From the NCBI GenBank assembly GCA_020343875.1, contig CP070811.1, positions 4,176,018-4,240,017 of the forward strand: a DNA stretch of 64,000 nucleotides, given 5' to 3'. This stretch comes from Anaerolineales bacterium. GTDB taxonomy: Bacteria; Chloroflexota; Anaerolineae; 4572-78; NAK82. Under the pieces are notes generated by a model that saw only the letters and a program-made list of their open reading frames with translations, was not told the DNA's origin and made no database searches. The translations under genes were made by a program, and so were the position numbers. Positions 17,789 through 26,668 of this stretch are shown here, in pieces; the stretch's first letter is position 1; every line of letters starts with the position of its first letter.

Positions 17789-17817
17789 TTGACAAGGTGC
17801 CTGTTCTGTGTTATGCT
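17789..17817 (+). promoter_or_regulatory. Sigma70-like promoter (TTGACA-17-TATGCT with TGTG upstream of the -10)
   Basis: TTGACA at 17789-17794, TATGCT at 17812-17817, 17-nt spacer. It starts a roughly 450-nt untranslated stretch ahead of the 5'-nucleotidase gene. A 9-bp hairpin (17825-17846) sits at the predicted 5' end. Confidence 0.5.
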
Positions 17818-18266
17818 TCACAATGAAGCTTCATCACTGAAGCTTCTACCATTTGTCGGTGCCCCGCTTTAGGACTCTTGTGGCCATAAGGCAGTCTTCT
17901 TGCGACAGCCTGCGTTGTGGCCGAAGGATCCACGAGCTCATTGCTGGCTGCGATGCCAAGACGGCTGGCCAGGAGAAGTGGAAGGGGGGTGATGGACGCC
18001 ACGGTAATTCTGCCACGCTTGATCAGACCCGTTACGAATACCCCGTAGTTTTCCAGTACAAGAGTTCTCTTGGAAGATCGCTCAGAATCTCACCAGTATT
18101 TCTGCAGGCCGGCTGGTATGCGTCCTGGGGGGCGAAGTACCCTGGCCGGAGTACTTAGCTGGGGTGGCTCGCCGGCAGGAAATGGGCGTAGCCCAGGCAC
18201 AGGCAGAAAAAACCTCCTGAATAGTGAACTTCCCGAGTGGACTCATGATCAAAAGGTAGGTCAAAG

Positions 18267-19955
18267 ATGCCCATTTCGAAATCGAAGAGGGTTTTCCTGT
18301 CGCTGCTGGTTGTGATCGCCCTAGCCTTGCCCTTGGTGCCGGTGGCTTCGGCTCAGGGGCCAGTCAACATCACCATCCTCCACACCAACGACTTCCACGG
18401 CAACCTGCAGGTGGATTACGCGGCAAGAGGTGGGGCGGCCAACCTGGCCGGTTACGCTGATGTGGTCAAGGCCGAGGTGGGGGCTGACAACGTAATTCTG
18501 CTGGATGCTGGCGATAACATGCAGGGCCAGCCCATTTCCAACCTCCTGGACGGCGCGTCTGTTATTGATGTCTGGAACATGATGGGCTACAAAGCGGCTG
18601 CGGTCGGTAACCACGAATTCGACTGGGGCCAGGATACTCTGGCAGCCCGTGTGGCGCAGTCCAACTTCCCCTGGTTGGGAGCTAACATCGTGGTGGCCGG
18701 CACCAGCGATCACCCTGACTGGGTCACGCCCTGGACCGTGGTGGATGTGGCAGGGGTGAAGCTGGGGATCATCGGCCTGGGTTATACCGAGACGCCTGGT
18801 ATCACCCGCAAGGGTCTTACCGACGGCCTGGAGTTCCAGGACCCGGTGGCGGCTGTGTTGCGCTATTACGACGAGGTCAAGGCCCAGTCTGACGCTCTCA
18901 TCCTCCTGACTCATATTGGTTGGGATGATCGGAGTGAGCACAAGGGCGGCCAGACCATCGCTACGGAACTGGCCGCGGCGGGCAAACCGGTGGACCTGAT
19001 TATTGGCGGCCACAGTCACGAGGAAGCCACGGCACCTCACATGGCTGGCGATACACCGGTCGTCATTGCCTATCAGTATGGCCGCTGGATGGGGAGGGCT
19101 GATGTTACCGTTGATCCTGCTGCCAAGAAACTGACCCTGGTCAATTGGGAGGGTCATGCCATTAACGATGGCGAGGTGACTCCCCACGTAGAAGTCGCAG
19201 CCAAAGTGGCCGAGTATGCAGCGGAAGTGGAACCTCTGACCGAAGTAGTGGTCGGCTCCTCCACTGCCAGCCTGGTGCGCGACTACAACGCCGAGTCGAA
19301 CATGGGCAATATCGTCACTGATGCCATGCGCGACTATACCAAGGCCGACGTTGCCTTCACCAACGCTGGTGGCCTACGCGAAGATATTTTGCTGGCTGAA
19401 GGAGAAACCGAACACAACATCACCTGGGGCGAAACCTACGCCGTGATGCCTTTTGCCAATACGCTTTTCAACATGGACTTGACCGGTGCCCAGATCATGG
19501 AGATTTTGAACCAAAGTGCTACCTTCCACAAAGGCATTATCCAGTCCTCGGGCATCACCTGGTCTTACTATAATGATTGCAGCTGTAATGAGCCCACTGT
19601 CTGGGGGGCCGTAAATGTGCAAGTGGGCGGCGAACCACTACAACTTGACAAGGCCTACCGGGTGACCACCAACGATTTCCTGGCCCCCGGCGGAGATGAA
19701 TGGGTCACCTTTGCTGAGGGTACCAACCGCGAGAACACTTATGTGGACATGCAGGAAGTGGTCAATGACTACATTGGGGGGCGCTCGCCCATCGCACCTG
19801 CGGTGGAGGGTCGCATCACTCAGGTAGAGGTACCGGCCGAACTGCCTGCCACTGGCGGCATACCGATGCCGATGCCTATCGTGCTGACGGCGGTCGGCTT
19901 TGCCCTGGCTGGAACTGGCCTGCTTGTGCGCCAGAAGCGAGGCCAGGCGGCTTAA
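18267..19955 (+). CDS. Bifunctional metallophosphatase/5'-nucleotidase (UshA-like) with C-terminal LPATG sorting signal
   Basis: Signal peptide. Metallophosphoesterase motifs ILHTNDFHGNL, GDNMQG, GNHEFDWG, GGHSHE. 5'-nucleotidase C-terminal domain. The C-terminus is LPATGG, a hydrophobic helix and RQKRGQAA. Confidence 0.9.
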   Translation: MPISKSKRVFLSLLVVIALALPLVPVASAQGPVNITILHTNDFHGNLQVDYAARGGAANLAGYADVVKAEVGADNVILLDAGDNMQGQPISNLLDGASVIDVWNMMGYKAAAVGNHEFDWGQDTLAARVAQSNFPWLGANIVVAGTSDHPDWVTPWTVVDVAGVKLGIIGLGYTETPGITRKGLTDGLEFQDPVAAVLRYYDEVKAQSDALILLTHIGWDDRSEHKGGQTIATELAAAGKPVDLIIGGHSHEEATAPHMAGDTPVVIAYQYGRWMGRADVTVDPAAKKLTLVNWEGHAINDGEVTPHVEVAAKVAEYAAEVEPLTEVVVGSSTASLVRDYNAESNMGNIVTDAMRDYTKADVAFTNAGGLREDILLAEGETEHNITWGETYAVMPFANTLFNMDLTGAQIMEILNQSATFHKGIIQSSGITWSYYNDCSCNEPTVWGAVNVQVGGEPLQLDKAYRVTTNDFLAPGGDEWVTFAEGTNRENTYVDMQEVVNDYIGGRSPIAPAVEGRITQVEVPAELPATGGIPMPMPIVLTAVGFALAGTGLLVRQKRGQAA

Positions 19956-20012
19956 GTCCCAAAAAAGGTGGGGCGGGTTGCTCGTGCGTCCCGTCAAGCC
20001 ATTCTGACAGGT

Positions 20013-20037
20013 AGAGGCGAGGCATTGCCTCGCCTCT
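20013..20037. repeat. Palindromic element, copy 2 (AGAGGCGAGGCA-T-TGCCTCGCCTCT); terminator-like hairpin after the 5'-nucleotidase gene
   Basis: Perfect 12-bp arms. Contains the same 18-mer as 11921-11938 (here at 20015-20032). No strong U-tract follows. Confidence 0.55.
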
Positions 20038-20228
20038 ATAGCTTTCGTTGACAATGTCTACTCTTAGAAAACTGAGCCGCCCCGGCCTCCAGGCGTGCCC
20101 ACCGTTCGCCTGACGACCTGGCGCTTAACGCAACGCAAGGCTTTGGAGATTGCCTCCGCGCGGGCCAGCCTGCGGATCGTTCGAACCTGCTCACCAGTGA
20201 GTAGACTCAACATGGTTGTTGGCATTTC

Positions 20229-20257
20229 TTGCTTTCTAGCATAATGGCGCGTAAAAT
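20229..20257 (+). promoter_or_regulatory. Sigma70-like promoter upstream of the DUF1786-like gene
   Basis: TTGCTT (20229-20234), 17-nt spacer, TAAAAT (20252-20257). Confidence 0.4.
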
Positions 20258-20292
20258 AGACCTAACCTGTCTGAAATGATGTGGATGTTTCG

Positions 20293-21417
20293 ATGTTGAT
20301 ACTGGCTGTAGACGTAGGTACTGGCACACAAGATATCCTGCTTTTTGACACACAGCGTGAAGTGGAAAACTGCCTCAAAATGGTGATGCCCTCCCCGACA
20401 TTGCAGCTGGCAGCCGCCGTTCGGGTTGCCAGCCGCCGGGGTGACGACTTGCTGTTGACCGGGGTGCTGATGGGTGGAGGCCCATGCGCCTGGGCCGTGG
20501 AAGATCACCTCAAGGCCGGCTGCCGTGTGTATGCCACCCCTTCTGCCGCCTGCACTTTCAACGACGATCTGGAAGCAGTGGCTGCCATGGGTATCACCCT
20601 GATCGGCGATGACGAGACAAGGACTCTGGATGGCGACATAACACGCTTGCGGCTGGCTGATTTCGATTACCAGGCCATCGCCGGGGCCTTCAGCCGATTC
20701 GGCGTTGACCTGGATCGGGATCTAGACGGCTTGGCCATTGCCGTCTTCGATCACGGCAGCGCACCACCCGGCACCAGCGATCGTCTGTTTCGCTTTGAGT
20801 ATTTGGCAGAACGCATACGGGCCGAGAATCGCTTATCAGCTTTTGCCTTTTTAGCAGAGGATGTGCCTTCCCTTATGACCCGCATGCAGGCAGTGGCTGG
20901 CAGTGTGCCGCGTGACGACATCCCGGTCCTGCTCATGGACAGCGCGCCTGCGGCCGTGCTCGGTGCATTGGAGGATCCCTCCCTCAGGCGTCGACCAGCC
21001 ATTGTGGCCAACGTGGGCAATTTCCACTGCCTGGCTTTTCGGCTAGGAGAGGAGGGCATCGAGGGCGTGTTTGAGCACCACACCGGCGAGATCGACCTTG
21101 AACAACTGGAATTCTTCCTGGATCGGTTGGCCGAAGGCAGCCTGACCCACGCACAAATCTTTGAGAGCAACGGACATGGCGCAATTCTTTTCCGCCATGG
21201 GCCCATGCCGCCCGATTCGCTCTACGTGGCAGTCACCGGCCCTCGGCGGAATTTGCTGCGTCGCTCGCGGCACCGCCCTTACTTTGCCACCCCCTTCGGT
21301 GATATGATGCTTGTCGGCTGCTACGGCATGGTGCGTGCCTATGCTGACCTGGTGCCCGATGCGCACGAGGTCATTAAGCACGCCTTGGCTGGAGGCGATG
21401 GTAAGTCCCTGTGGTGA
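20293..21417 (+). CDS. ASKHA-fold protein, DUF1786-like (function unknown)
   Basis: The N-terminus MLILAVDVGTGTQDILLFD carries a phosphate-1-type DxGxGxxD motif of the actin/sugar-kinase fold. The overall sequence resembles what I recall of the DUF1786 family. Its stop overlaps the alternative GTG starts of yitJ. Confidence 0.7.
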   Translation: MLILAVDVGTGTQDILLFDTQREVENCLKMVMPSPTLQLAAAVRVASRRGDDLLLTGVLMGGGPCAWAVEDHLKAGCRVYATPSAACTFNDDLEAVAAMGITLIGDDETRTLDGDITRLRLADFDYQAIAGAFSRFGVDLDRDLDGLAIAVFDHGSAPPGTSDRLFRFEYLAERIRAENRLSAFAFLAEDVPSLMTRMQAVAGSVPRDDIPVLLMDSAPAAVLGALEDPSLRRRPAIVANVGNFHCLAFRLGEEGIEGVFEHHTGEIDLEQLEFFLDRLAEGSLTHAQIFESNGHGAILFRHGPMPPDSLYVAVTGPRRNLLRRSRHRPYFATPFGDMMLVGCYGMVRAYADLVPDAHEVIKHALAGGDGKSLW

Positions 21418-21425
21418 GCTCCAAG

Positions 21426-23342
21426 ATGGTTCCGTCTTCTTTACTTGACCGCTTGAAGCAAGCCCCTCTCTTATTCGATGGGGCGATGGGCACTATGCTG
21501 CACAGCAAAGGGGCAGGCCTCGAACGCTGCTTTGACGAACTGAACCTGGTTAACCCAGCTCTGGTGGCCGCCGTGCATCGGGACTACATCGAGGCTGGCG
21601 CCCAGGTGATCGAAACCAACACTTTCGGCGCCAATCGCTTCAAGCTAAGTGAGCACGGCTTGGCTGATAGAGTGGTCGAGATCAACCACGCCGGGGTCGA
21701 ACTGGCCCGGCGCGTGGTAGAAGCCTCATTTCAAGAGATTCTGATTGCCGGGTCGGTGGGGCCATTAGGCCGCCAACTGGCACCACTGGGGCGGGTGAGA
21801 CCCGAAGCGGCGCATACGGCCTTCCGCGAACAGGTAGAGGCGTTGGCGACCGCAGGCGCTGACCTGCTTCTGTTCGAGACTTTCTCTGACCTAAGTGAAA
21901 TGAGCGTGGCAGTGCAGGCGGCCCGGGACGTGTGTGATTTGCCAATTATCGCCCAGATGACCTTCACCGAGGACATGCGCACGCTCTTGGGCCACACCCC
22001 CCAGCAGGTGGTTAATTGTCTGCGTGAGTTGTCCGTGGACGTCATCGGCGTTAATTGCAGCGTGGGCCCGGCTCTGGTGTTGCGGGTGATCCAGCATATG
22101 CGCCAGGCTCTCGGCGGGGCAAACGACATCCCTCTCTCGGCACAGCCGAACGCAGGCTGGCCGACCCGGGCTGGAGAACGTCTGATGTACCCTGCCACGC
22201 CGGATTACTTTGGTGAATATGCCCTGGCGTTCGTAGAGGCGGGAGCAGCCATCGTCGGCGGTTGCTGCGGCACAACACCGGCTCACATCGCTGCCATGCG
22301 AGCTGCCCTCGATAGCCCTCACCCGGCGCGCCCTGCAGTCACGCTCAAGCCGGTTGCTGAGCCCGAGGTTGCGCCCGGTGCCGAGGCCCCAACTGAGTTG
22401 GCCCAAAAGCTAACAGCGGGGAAGTTTGTGATCGGAGTGGAAATTGACCCACCTAAAGGGTATGCCGCCGAAAAACTGTTGGCGGCTGCCCGCATGTTGC
22501 GCGACACTGGCGCCGATGTGATGAACGTGGCCGACAGCCCGATGGCCCGCATGCGGATGAGTGCTTGGGCCGTGTGTCACCTGATCCACAGCCGGCTAGG
22601 GATGGAAACGGTCTTACACTTCCCCACTCGGGGGCGCAATTTGTTGCGCGTGCAGGGCGACCTGCTAGCTGCTCATGCGCTGGGCGTGCGCAATCTCTTC
22701 GTGGTGATGGGTGATCCGACCGCCATTGGCGACTACCCAGAGGCAATGGACCACTATGATCTGGTTCCCTCGGGCCTGGTCCGCCTTATCAAGCAGGGCT
22801 TCAATCAGGGCGTGGATCACGCTGGTTCGTCCATCGGGCAGCCGACCAACTTCCTGGTGGGCTGTGCCCTCAACCTGGGTGCTGCTGATATCGATCGCGA
22901 AATCAGGGTCTTGCGCAAAAAAATAGATGCCGGTGCCGATTTTGCTTTGTCGCAGCCGGTCTACGACTCTGGTGTGGTACGTCGCTTTCGGGCCTGCTAC
23001 GAAGAGCAGCATGGACCCCTGCGCCTGCCCATTCTGGTAGGAATGTTGCCTCTCTACGGCTCACGCCACGCCGAGTTTTTGCATAACGAAGCCCCTGGCA
23101 TCTTTGTACCAGACCTCGTCCGTGAGCACATACGCCGGGCCGGCAAAGATGCTCCGCGGGAAGGGGTGCGCATGGCAATCGACTTGCTGGCCGAATTGCA
23201 TGAGTTGGTGCAGGGGGTGTATCTGATGCCAGCTTTTAATCGCTTCGACCTGGTAGCTGAAGTCATTGAGATGGTTAAGCCAGCATCCCTGCCCGGGCGC
23301 CAGGCGGTGCCCGCGGGCGTGGGTGAGCCAGGGGGCGTATAA
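21426..23342 (+). CDS. yitJ: Bifunctional homocysteine S-methyltransferase / 5,10-methylenetetrahydrofolate reductase
   Basis: The N-terminal Hcy-binding domain (LLFDGAMGTMLH..., GVNCS, GGCCGTTPAHI) is fused to an MTHFR domain (FVIGVEIDPPKG..., HFPTRGRN, FVVMGDP, LSQPVYD). Same architecture as B. subtilis YitJ. GTG 21411 or 21414 are alternative starts. Confidence 0.9.
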   Translation: MVPSSLLDRLKQAPLLFDGAMGTMLHSKGAGLERCFDELNLVNPALVAAVHRDYIEAGAQVIETNTFGANRFKLSEHGLADRVVEINHAGVELARRVVEASFQEILIAGSVGPLGRQLAPLGRVRPEAAHTAFREQVEALATAGADLLLFETFSDLSEMSVAVQAARDVCDLPIIAQMTFTEDMRTLLGHTPQQVVNCLRELSVDVIGVNCSVGPALVLRVIQHMRQALGGANDIPLSAQPNAGWPTRAGERLMYPATPDYFGEYALAFVEAGAAIVGGCCGTTPAHIAAMRAALDSPHPARPAVTLKPVAEPEVAPGAEAPTELAQKLTAGKFVIGVEIDPPKGYAAEKLLAAARMLRDTGADVMNVADSPMARMRMSAWAVCHLIHSRLGMETVLHFPTRGRNLLRVQGDLLAAHALGVRNLFVVMGDPTAIGDYPEAMDHYDLVPSGLVRLIKQGFNQGVDHAGSSIGQPTNFLVGCALNLGAADIDREIRVLRKKIDAGADFALSQPVYDSGVVRRFRACYEEQHGPLRLPILVGMLPLYGSRHAEFLHNEAPGIFVPDLVREHIRRAGKDAPREGVRMAIDLLAELHELVQGVYLMPAFNRFDLVAEVIEMVKPASLPGRQAVPAGVGEPGGV

Positions 23343-23471
23343 GGATGCTACAACAAACACTTCCCTGCTTGGCTAGCCTTTTTGCGGTGCTGGCGGGCGG
23401 CCTGTTTGGTGCTTGTGGCGGGCGTTGGTTGGGCTTGTCTTTGCATCACGTGCCCGATTAGGAAGGTGCTT

Positions 23472-23957
23472 ATGAGCTTTATCGTTCGCGTCTACACCCC
23501 GGCGTATGCTCTCGAGGGGCGAAGCGAGTCAACCAACGCTTTTTTGGGTTGGCTCAACAATCCCAACAAACGAACCCTCGATTTGTTTGAGGTTCAAGGC
23601 CTTTCCCTGGATCCCAGTGCTACGTTGGCCAGTTTCTCTCAACCTCAGGTGACGGTGCCTAAGAATCGGATCCTGGCAGTTGATATGGTCAGCACTCAAG
23701 CCCAGTCTTCGGTGCAATTGCCTCCTCGCGCCGTGCTGTCGGTGCTCTACACTGAGCGCTTCGTCATCCAGGCCAACATGCATGTCTCGGGCGACATGCC
23801 GATTAGCAACGTGTTCAACGTCGTGGGCGGTGACTTCCTGGCAGTCAGCCAGGCCAAGTTGCATCCCATCATCCCTACCCGCAAGCTGCCTAGTGACCAA
23901 GCCCACGTATTGGTCCTCAGCAAGCTCTTTGTTAATTTTTACCATACGCGGGTGTAG
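23472..23957 (+). CDS. Hypothetical protein (about 160 aa, two similar halves)
   Basis: AGGAAGG precedes ATG 23472. Coding-like composition. No family recognised. Only 5 nt separate it from the following GNAT gene. Confidence 0.65.
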   Translation: MSFIVRVYTPAYALEGRSESTNAFLGWLNNPNKRTLDLFEVQGLSLDPSATLASFSQPQVTVPKNRILAVDMVSTQAQSSVQLPPRAVLSVLYTERFVIQANMHVSGDMPISNVFNVVGGDFLAVSQAKLHPIIPTRKLPSDQAHVLVLSKLFVNFYHTRV

Positions 23958-23962
23958 GGAGT

Positions 23963-24733
23963 ATGGATGCACGCATAATTGAACGCCTGGACGAACACAT
24001 TCTTGAAGCGCACCGACAGCTCTGTCAGTCGGTAGATGGGGGCATCTTCGAGCGGTCCGAAGATTGGGTACGAGTATTCACCGGTTCTACAGTTGCCACG
24101 TTTAACTTCCTGCTGCTCCTCGATGAGAGAGCGCTGAATGACGACGTCCTCTCTGATACGGCTGCCTATTTTGACGAGCAGGGCGTGCCGCACGTCGTTG
24201 CCTTTGATGAGCATTGGCTGCCGCAGGGCAGCAACTTTCTCCATTCCCGTTGCTATCAGCCACTCCCGCCCCTGCCCGCTATGGGCCTGTCGGATCTGCC
24301 CCGGCGCTTGGAGTCCCATCCAGATATCCTGATCGAAAAGGTGGACACGGCGCCAGCAATGAAGCTCTATTGCAGCCTGGTATCCGAGTTATTTGGTTTG
24401 CCGTTGACCGATACGACTCATCTGTTTCCTGTTAGCCAATTGCAGAATGACGCTATTCGGCATTATCTGGGTTATTTGGAGGGGGTGCCAGTTGTGGCGG
24501 GTACGGCTGTCCTGGCCGGAGAAGTGGTCAGTGTGTGGAATGTGGCCACCCACGACGATGCCCGTCGACGGGGAGGAGCCACGGCTTTGATGAATCACCT
24601 GCTGCAAGATGCCTGGGAGGACGGCTGCGAGGCTAGTTTGCTCTATTCGTCGCCTATGGCTTTCTCTATGTATCAAAAATTGGGTTACGGACTTTACACT
24701 CAGCGACGCAGCTTCCTGCCTCCCGAGTGGTAG
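23963..24733 (+). CDS. GNAT-family N-acetyltransferase
   Basis: C-terminal acetyl-CoA-binding-like segment VWNVATHDDARRRGGATALMNHLLQDAWEDGCEASLLYSSPMAFSMYQKLGY. GGGAG precedes the ATG. Confidence 0.8.
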   Translation: MDARIIERLDEHILEAHRQLCQSVDGGIFERSEDWVRVFTGSTVATFNFLLLLDERALNDDVLSDTAAYFDEQGVPHVVAFDEHWLPQGSNFLHSRCYQPLPPLPAMGLSDLPRRLESHPDILIEKVDTAPAMKLYCSLVSELFGLPLTDTTHLFPVSQLQNDAIRHYLGYLEGVPVVAGTAVLAGEVVSVWNVATHDDARRRGGATALMNHLLQDAWEDGCEASLLYSSPMAFSMYQKLGYGLYTQRRSFLPPEW

Positions 24734-24767
24734 AAAACGATATCAGGAAAAAAGGAGGAACCTGACT

Positions 24768-26549
24768 ATGCCTGTAAATGATATGGTTATTCGCATCGGC
24801 GGTGAGTCCGGCGAAGGGATTGTCACCATCGGTGAGGTCTTCGTGCGCATTGCTGCCTTCTCAGGCCTGGAGGTGTATACTTTCCGCACCTTCCCGGCCG
24901 AAATCCTGGGGGGCCACGTTACCTTCCAGGCACGTATCTCCGACAAGCCAGTGTTGTCCCAGGGGGATGATATTGATGTGCTGGTATCTCTCAATCAGGA
25001 GGGCTACGATAAGCATATCGGCGAGCTGAGGCCGGGCGGCACCGTGGTCTACGATAGCACAAACGCCGCACCTACCAGCGGTGCGGATGACCATGTGCTG
25101 TACCCCATCCCGGTGGATGAACTGGCGCGCAGCATAGATTTTATGCGTGGGCGAAACCTGGTCATGATTGGGGCCATGGTTCAATTGTTTGGCCTGCCGC
25201 TAGATCGGGCGGAGCAAATGGTGCATCGCCGGCTGGGGCGTTTCAAGGACGTCTTAGCCAATAACCTGGAGTCACTGAGTCTGGGCTATAAGTATGCAGA
25301 GGAGCATTTCACCCAACGACCGCCTGTTTACCTGGAGCCTCCTCTTGAAGAGGCCAAGGATGGCCTGGTCATAACTGGCAACCAGGCCCTGGCTCTGGGA
25401 GCCGTTGCAGCTGGCTGCCGGGTTTACGCAGGCTATCCCATCACCCCTGCCACTGACATCCTGGAGTTTCTGGCCAAGGAGCTACCCAAGGTAGGGGGGG
25501 TGGTCATTCAGGCCGAGGACGAGATTGCCGCCATTAATATGGTCATTGGCGCATCCTTTGCCGGCGTCAGAGCTATGACGGCCACCTCTGGCCCCGGCCT
25601 GTCGTTGATGGTTGAGGCTTTGAGTCTGGCCAGTATGACTGAGGTCCCTATCGTGGTGGTTGACGTGCAGCGGGCTGGGCCCTCTACCGGCATGCCCACC
25701 AAAACAGCACAAGGTGACCTGTATTTGGCCTTCTATGCTGGCAACGATGAGGCTCCCCGTTTTGTGATTGCTCCCAGTTCGGTGGAAGATTGCTTCTATC
25801 AGATGATCAACGCCTTTAACCTGGCCGAGCGTTATCAGGTGCCGGTTATTGTGCTGAGCGACCAGTCGTTGGCCCCTCGTGTCGAGACGTGTGCTCGTTT
25901 CCGGTTGGATCAGGTTAGACTCTTTGAACGGGAAATACCTGATTTGAGCCAGGATAACGGCTACCAGCGATACAGGATCACTGAGACGGGTGTCTCCCCC
26001 ATGGCCATTCCTGGTTCGAAAGGTGGACATTACACGGCCGAGGGGTTAGAACACAATGAAAAAGGGAATCCTAACTACACCCCCCAAATGCATCAAGCCA
26101 TGACCGACAAGCGCTGGCGTAAAGTCGACACCGCTCGCCAACAGCTGGTGCTGTGGTCCAACGTGGTCGAGGAGTGGGGAGACGACGATGCAGCCATTGC
26201 CATTATGGGCTGGGGAAGCTCCTTGGGGCCAGTGCAGGAGGCTATGGCTCGCGCCCAGGCAGCCGGCTACAAAGTAGCAGCCCTGTTCCCTAAAGTCCTG
26301 TTCCCTATGCCTGATTTGCGGATCAGGCGTTTCATACGAGGGCGCCGGGCTATCATCATCCCAGAATTGAACCAGCTTGGTCAGTTCGCCCGCGTCATCC
26401 AGCACCGCTACTCACGTGAGTTGATTCGGGATAGCGTCGAGGTGGTTTCCTTAACCAAGTACCAGGGCTTGCCCTTCCGGCCTGTCGAAATCTTCGACAA
26501 GGTGGTTGAAGTGTCCCAGGCGCTTGCAGTTCGCGCCGGCGTCGAGTAG
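24768..26549 (+). CDS. korA: 2-oxoacid:ferredoxin oxidoreductase, fused gamma/alpha subunit
   Basis: AAAGGAGG precedes ATG 24768. Gamma-like N-terminus IRIGGESGEGIVTIGEVF. Alpha domain GNQALALGAVAAGCRVYAGYPITPATDILE, with SGPGLSLM. A TPP-binding beta subunit follows. Confidence 0.9.
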   Translation: MPVNDMVIRIGGESGEGIVTIGEVFVRIAAFSGLEVYTFRTFPAEILGGHVTFQARISDKPVLSQGDDIDVLVSLNQEGYDKHIGELRPGGTVVYDSTNAAPTSGADDHVLYPIPVDELARSIDFMRGRNLVMIGAMVQLFGLPLDRAEQMVHRRLGRFKDVLANNLESLSLGYKYAEEHFTQRPPVYLEPPLEEAKDGLVITGNQALALGAVAAGCRVYAGYPITPATDILEFLAKELPKVGGVVIQAEDEIAAINMVIGASFAGVRAMTATSGPGLSLMVEALSLASMTEVPIVVVDVQRAGPSTGMPTKTAQGDLYLAFYAGNDEAPRFVIAPSSVEDCFYQMINAFNLAERYQVPVIVLSDQSLAPRVETCARFRLDQVRLFEREIPDLSQDNGYQRYRITETGVSPMAIPGSKGGHYTAEGLEHNEKGNPNYTPQMHQAMTDKRWRKVDTARQQLVLWSNVVEEWGDDDAAIAIMGWGSSLGPVQEAMARAQAAGYKVAALFPKVLFPMPDLRIRRFIRGRRAIIIPELNQLGQFARVIQHRYSRELIRDSVEVVSLTKYQGLPFRPVEIFDKVVEVSQALAVRAGVE

Positions 26550-26668
26550 GTCGTATTTGTCTGGAATCTAGGCTTCCAGGCGTATCTCAGCATGTGCCGA
26601 ACAGCGTCCTAGGACCATTCGGCGTGGCCCCTAGCCAGAATCTTAGGTAGAATAGTGGAGAATAGAAA

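Noticed and set aside
17981-18030. Fluoride (crcB-motif) riboswitch-like string GGGGUGAUGGACGCCACGGUAAUUCUGCCAC...CUUGAUCAGACCC in the 5'-nucleotidase leader.
   Set aside because: The match to the GGCGAUG...CUGCC...UGAUG pattern is only partial. The 3' half does not fit, it lies more than 230 nt from the gene, and the downstream gene is not a fluoride-response gene.
20170-20200. tRNA/tmRNA-like 3' end (GGATCGTTCGAACCTGCTCACCA). A second GGTTCGAAC string occurs near 57098.
   Set aside because: The flanks do not form a T-stem, no acceptor or anticodon arms can be drawn, and there is no cloverleaf.
20064-20213. 49-codon minus-strand ORF (MLSLLTGEQVRTIRRLARAEAISKALRCVKRQVVRRTVGTPGGRGGSVF), vaguely like the HTH of a transposase or resolvase.
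   Set aside because: It is too short, has no Shine-Dalgarno sequence, no flanking inverted repeats and no catalytic domain. The similarity is impressionistic, so it does not support a mobile-element remnant.
24609-24767. Upstream extension of korA (track start 24609) overlapping the end of the GNAT gene.
   Set aside because: AAAGGAGG and ATG 24768 give the canonical MPVNDMVIRIGGESGEG N-terminus. The extension overlaps the GNAT coding region in another frame.
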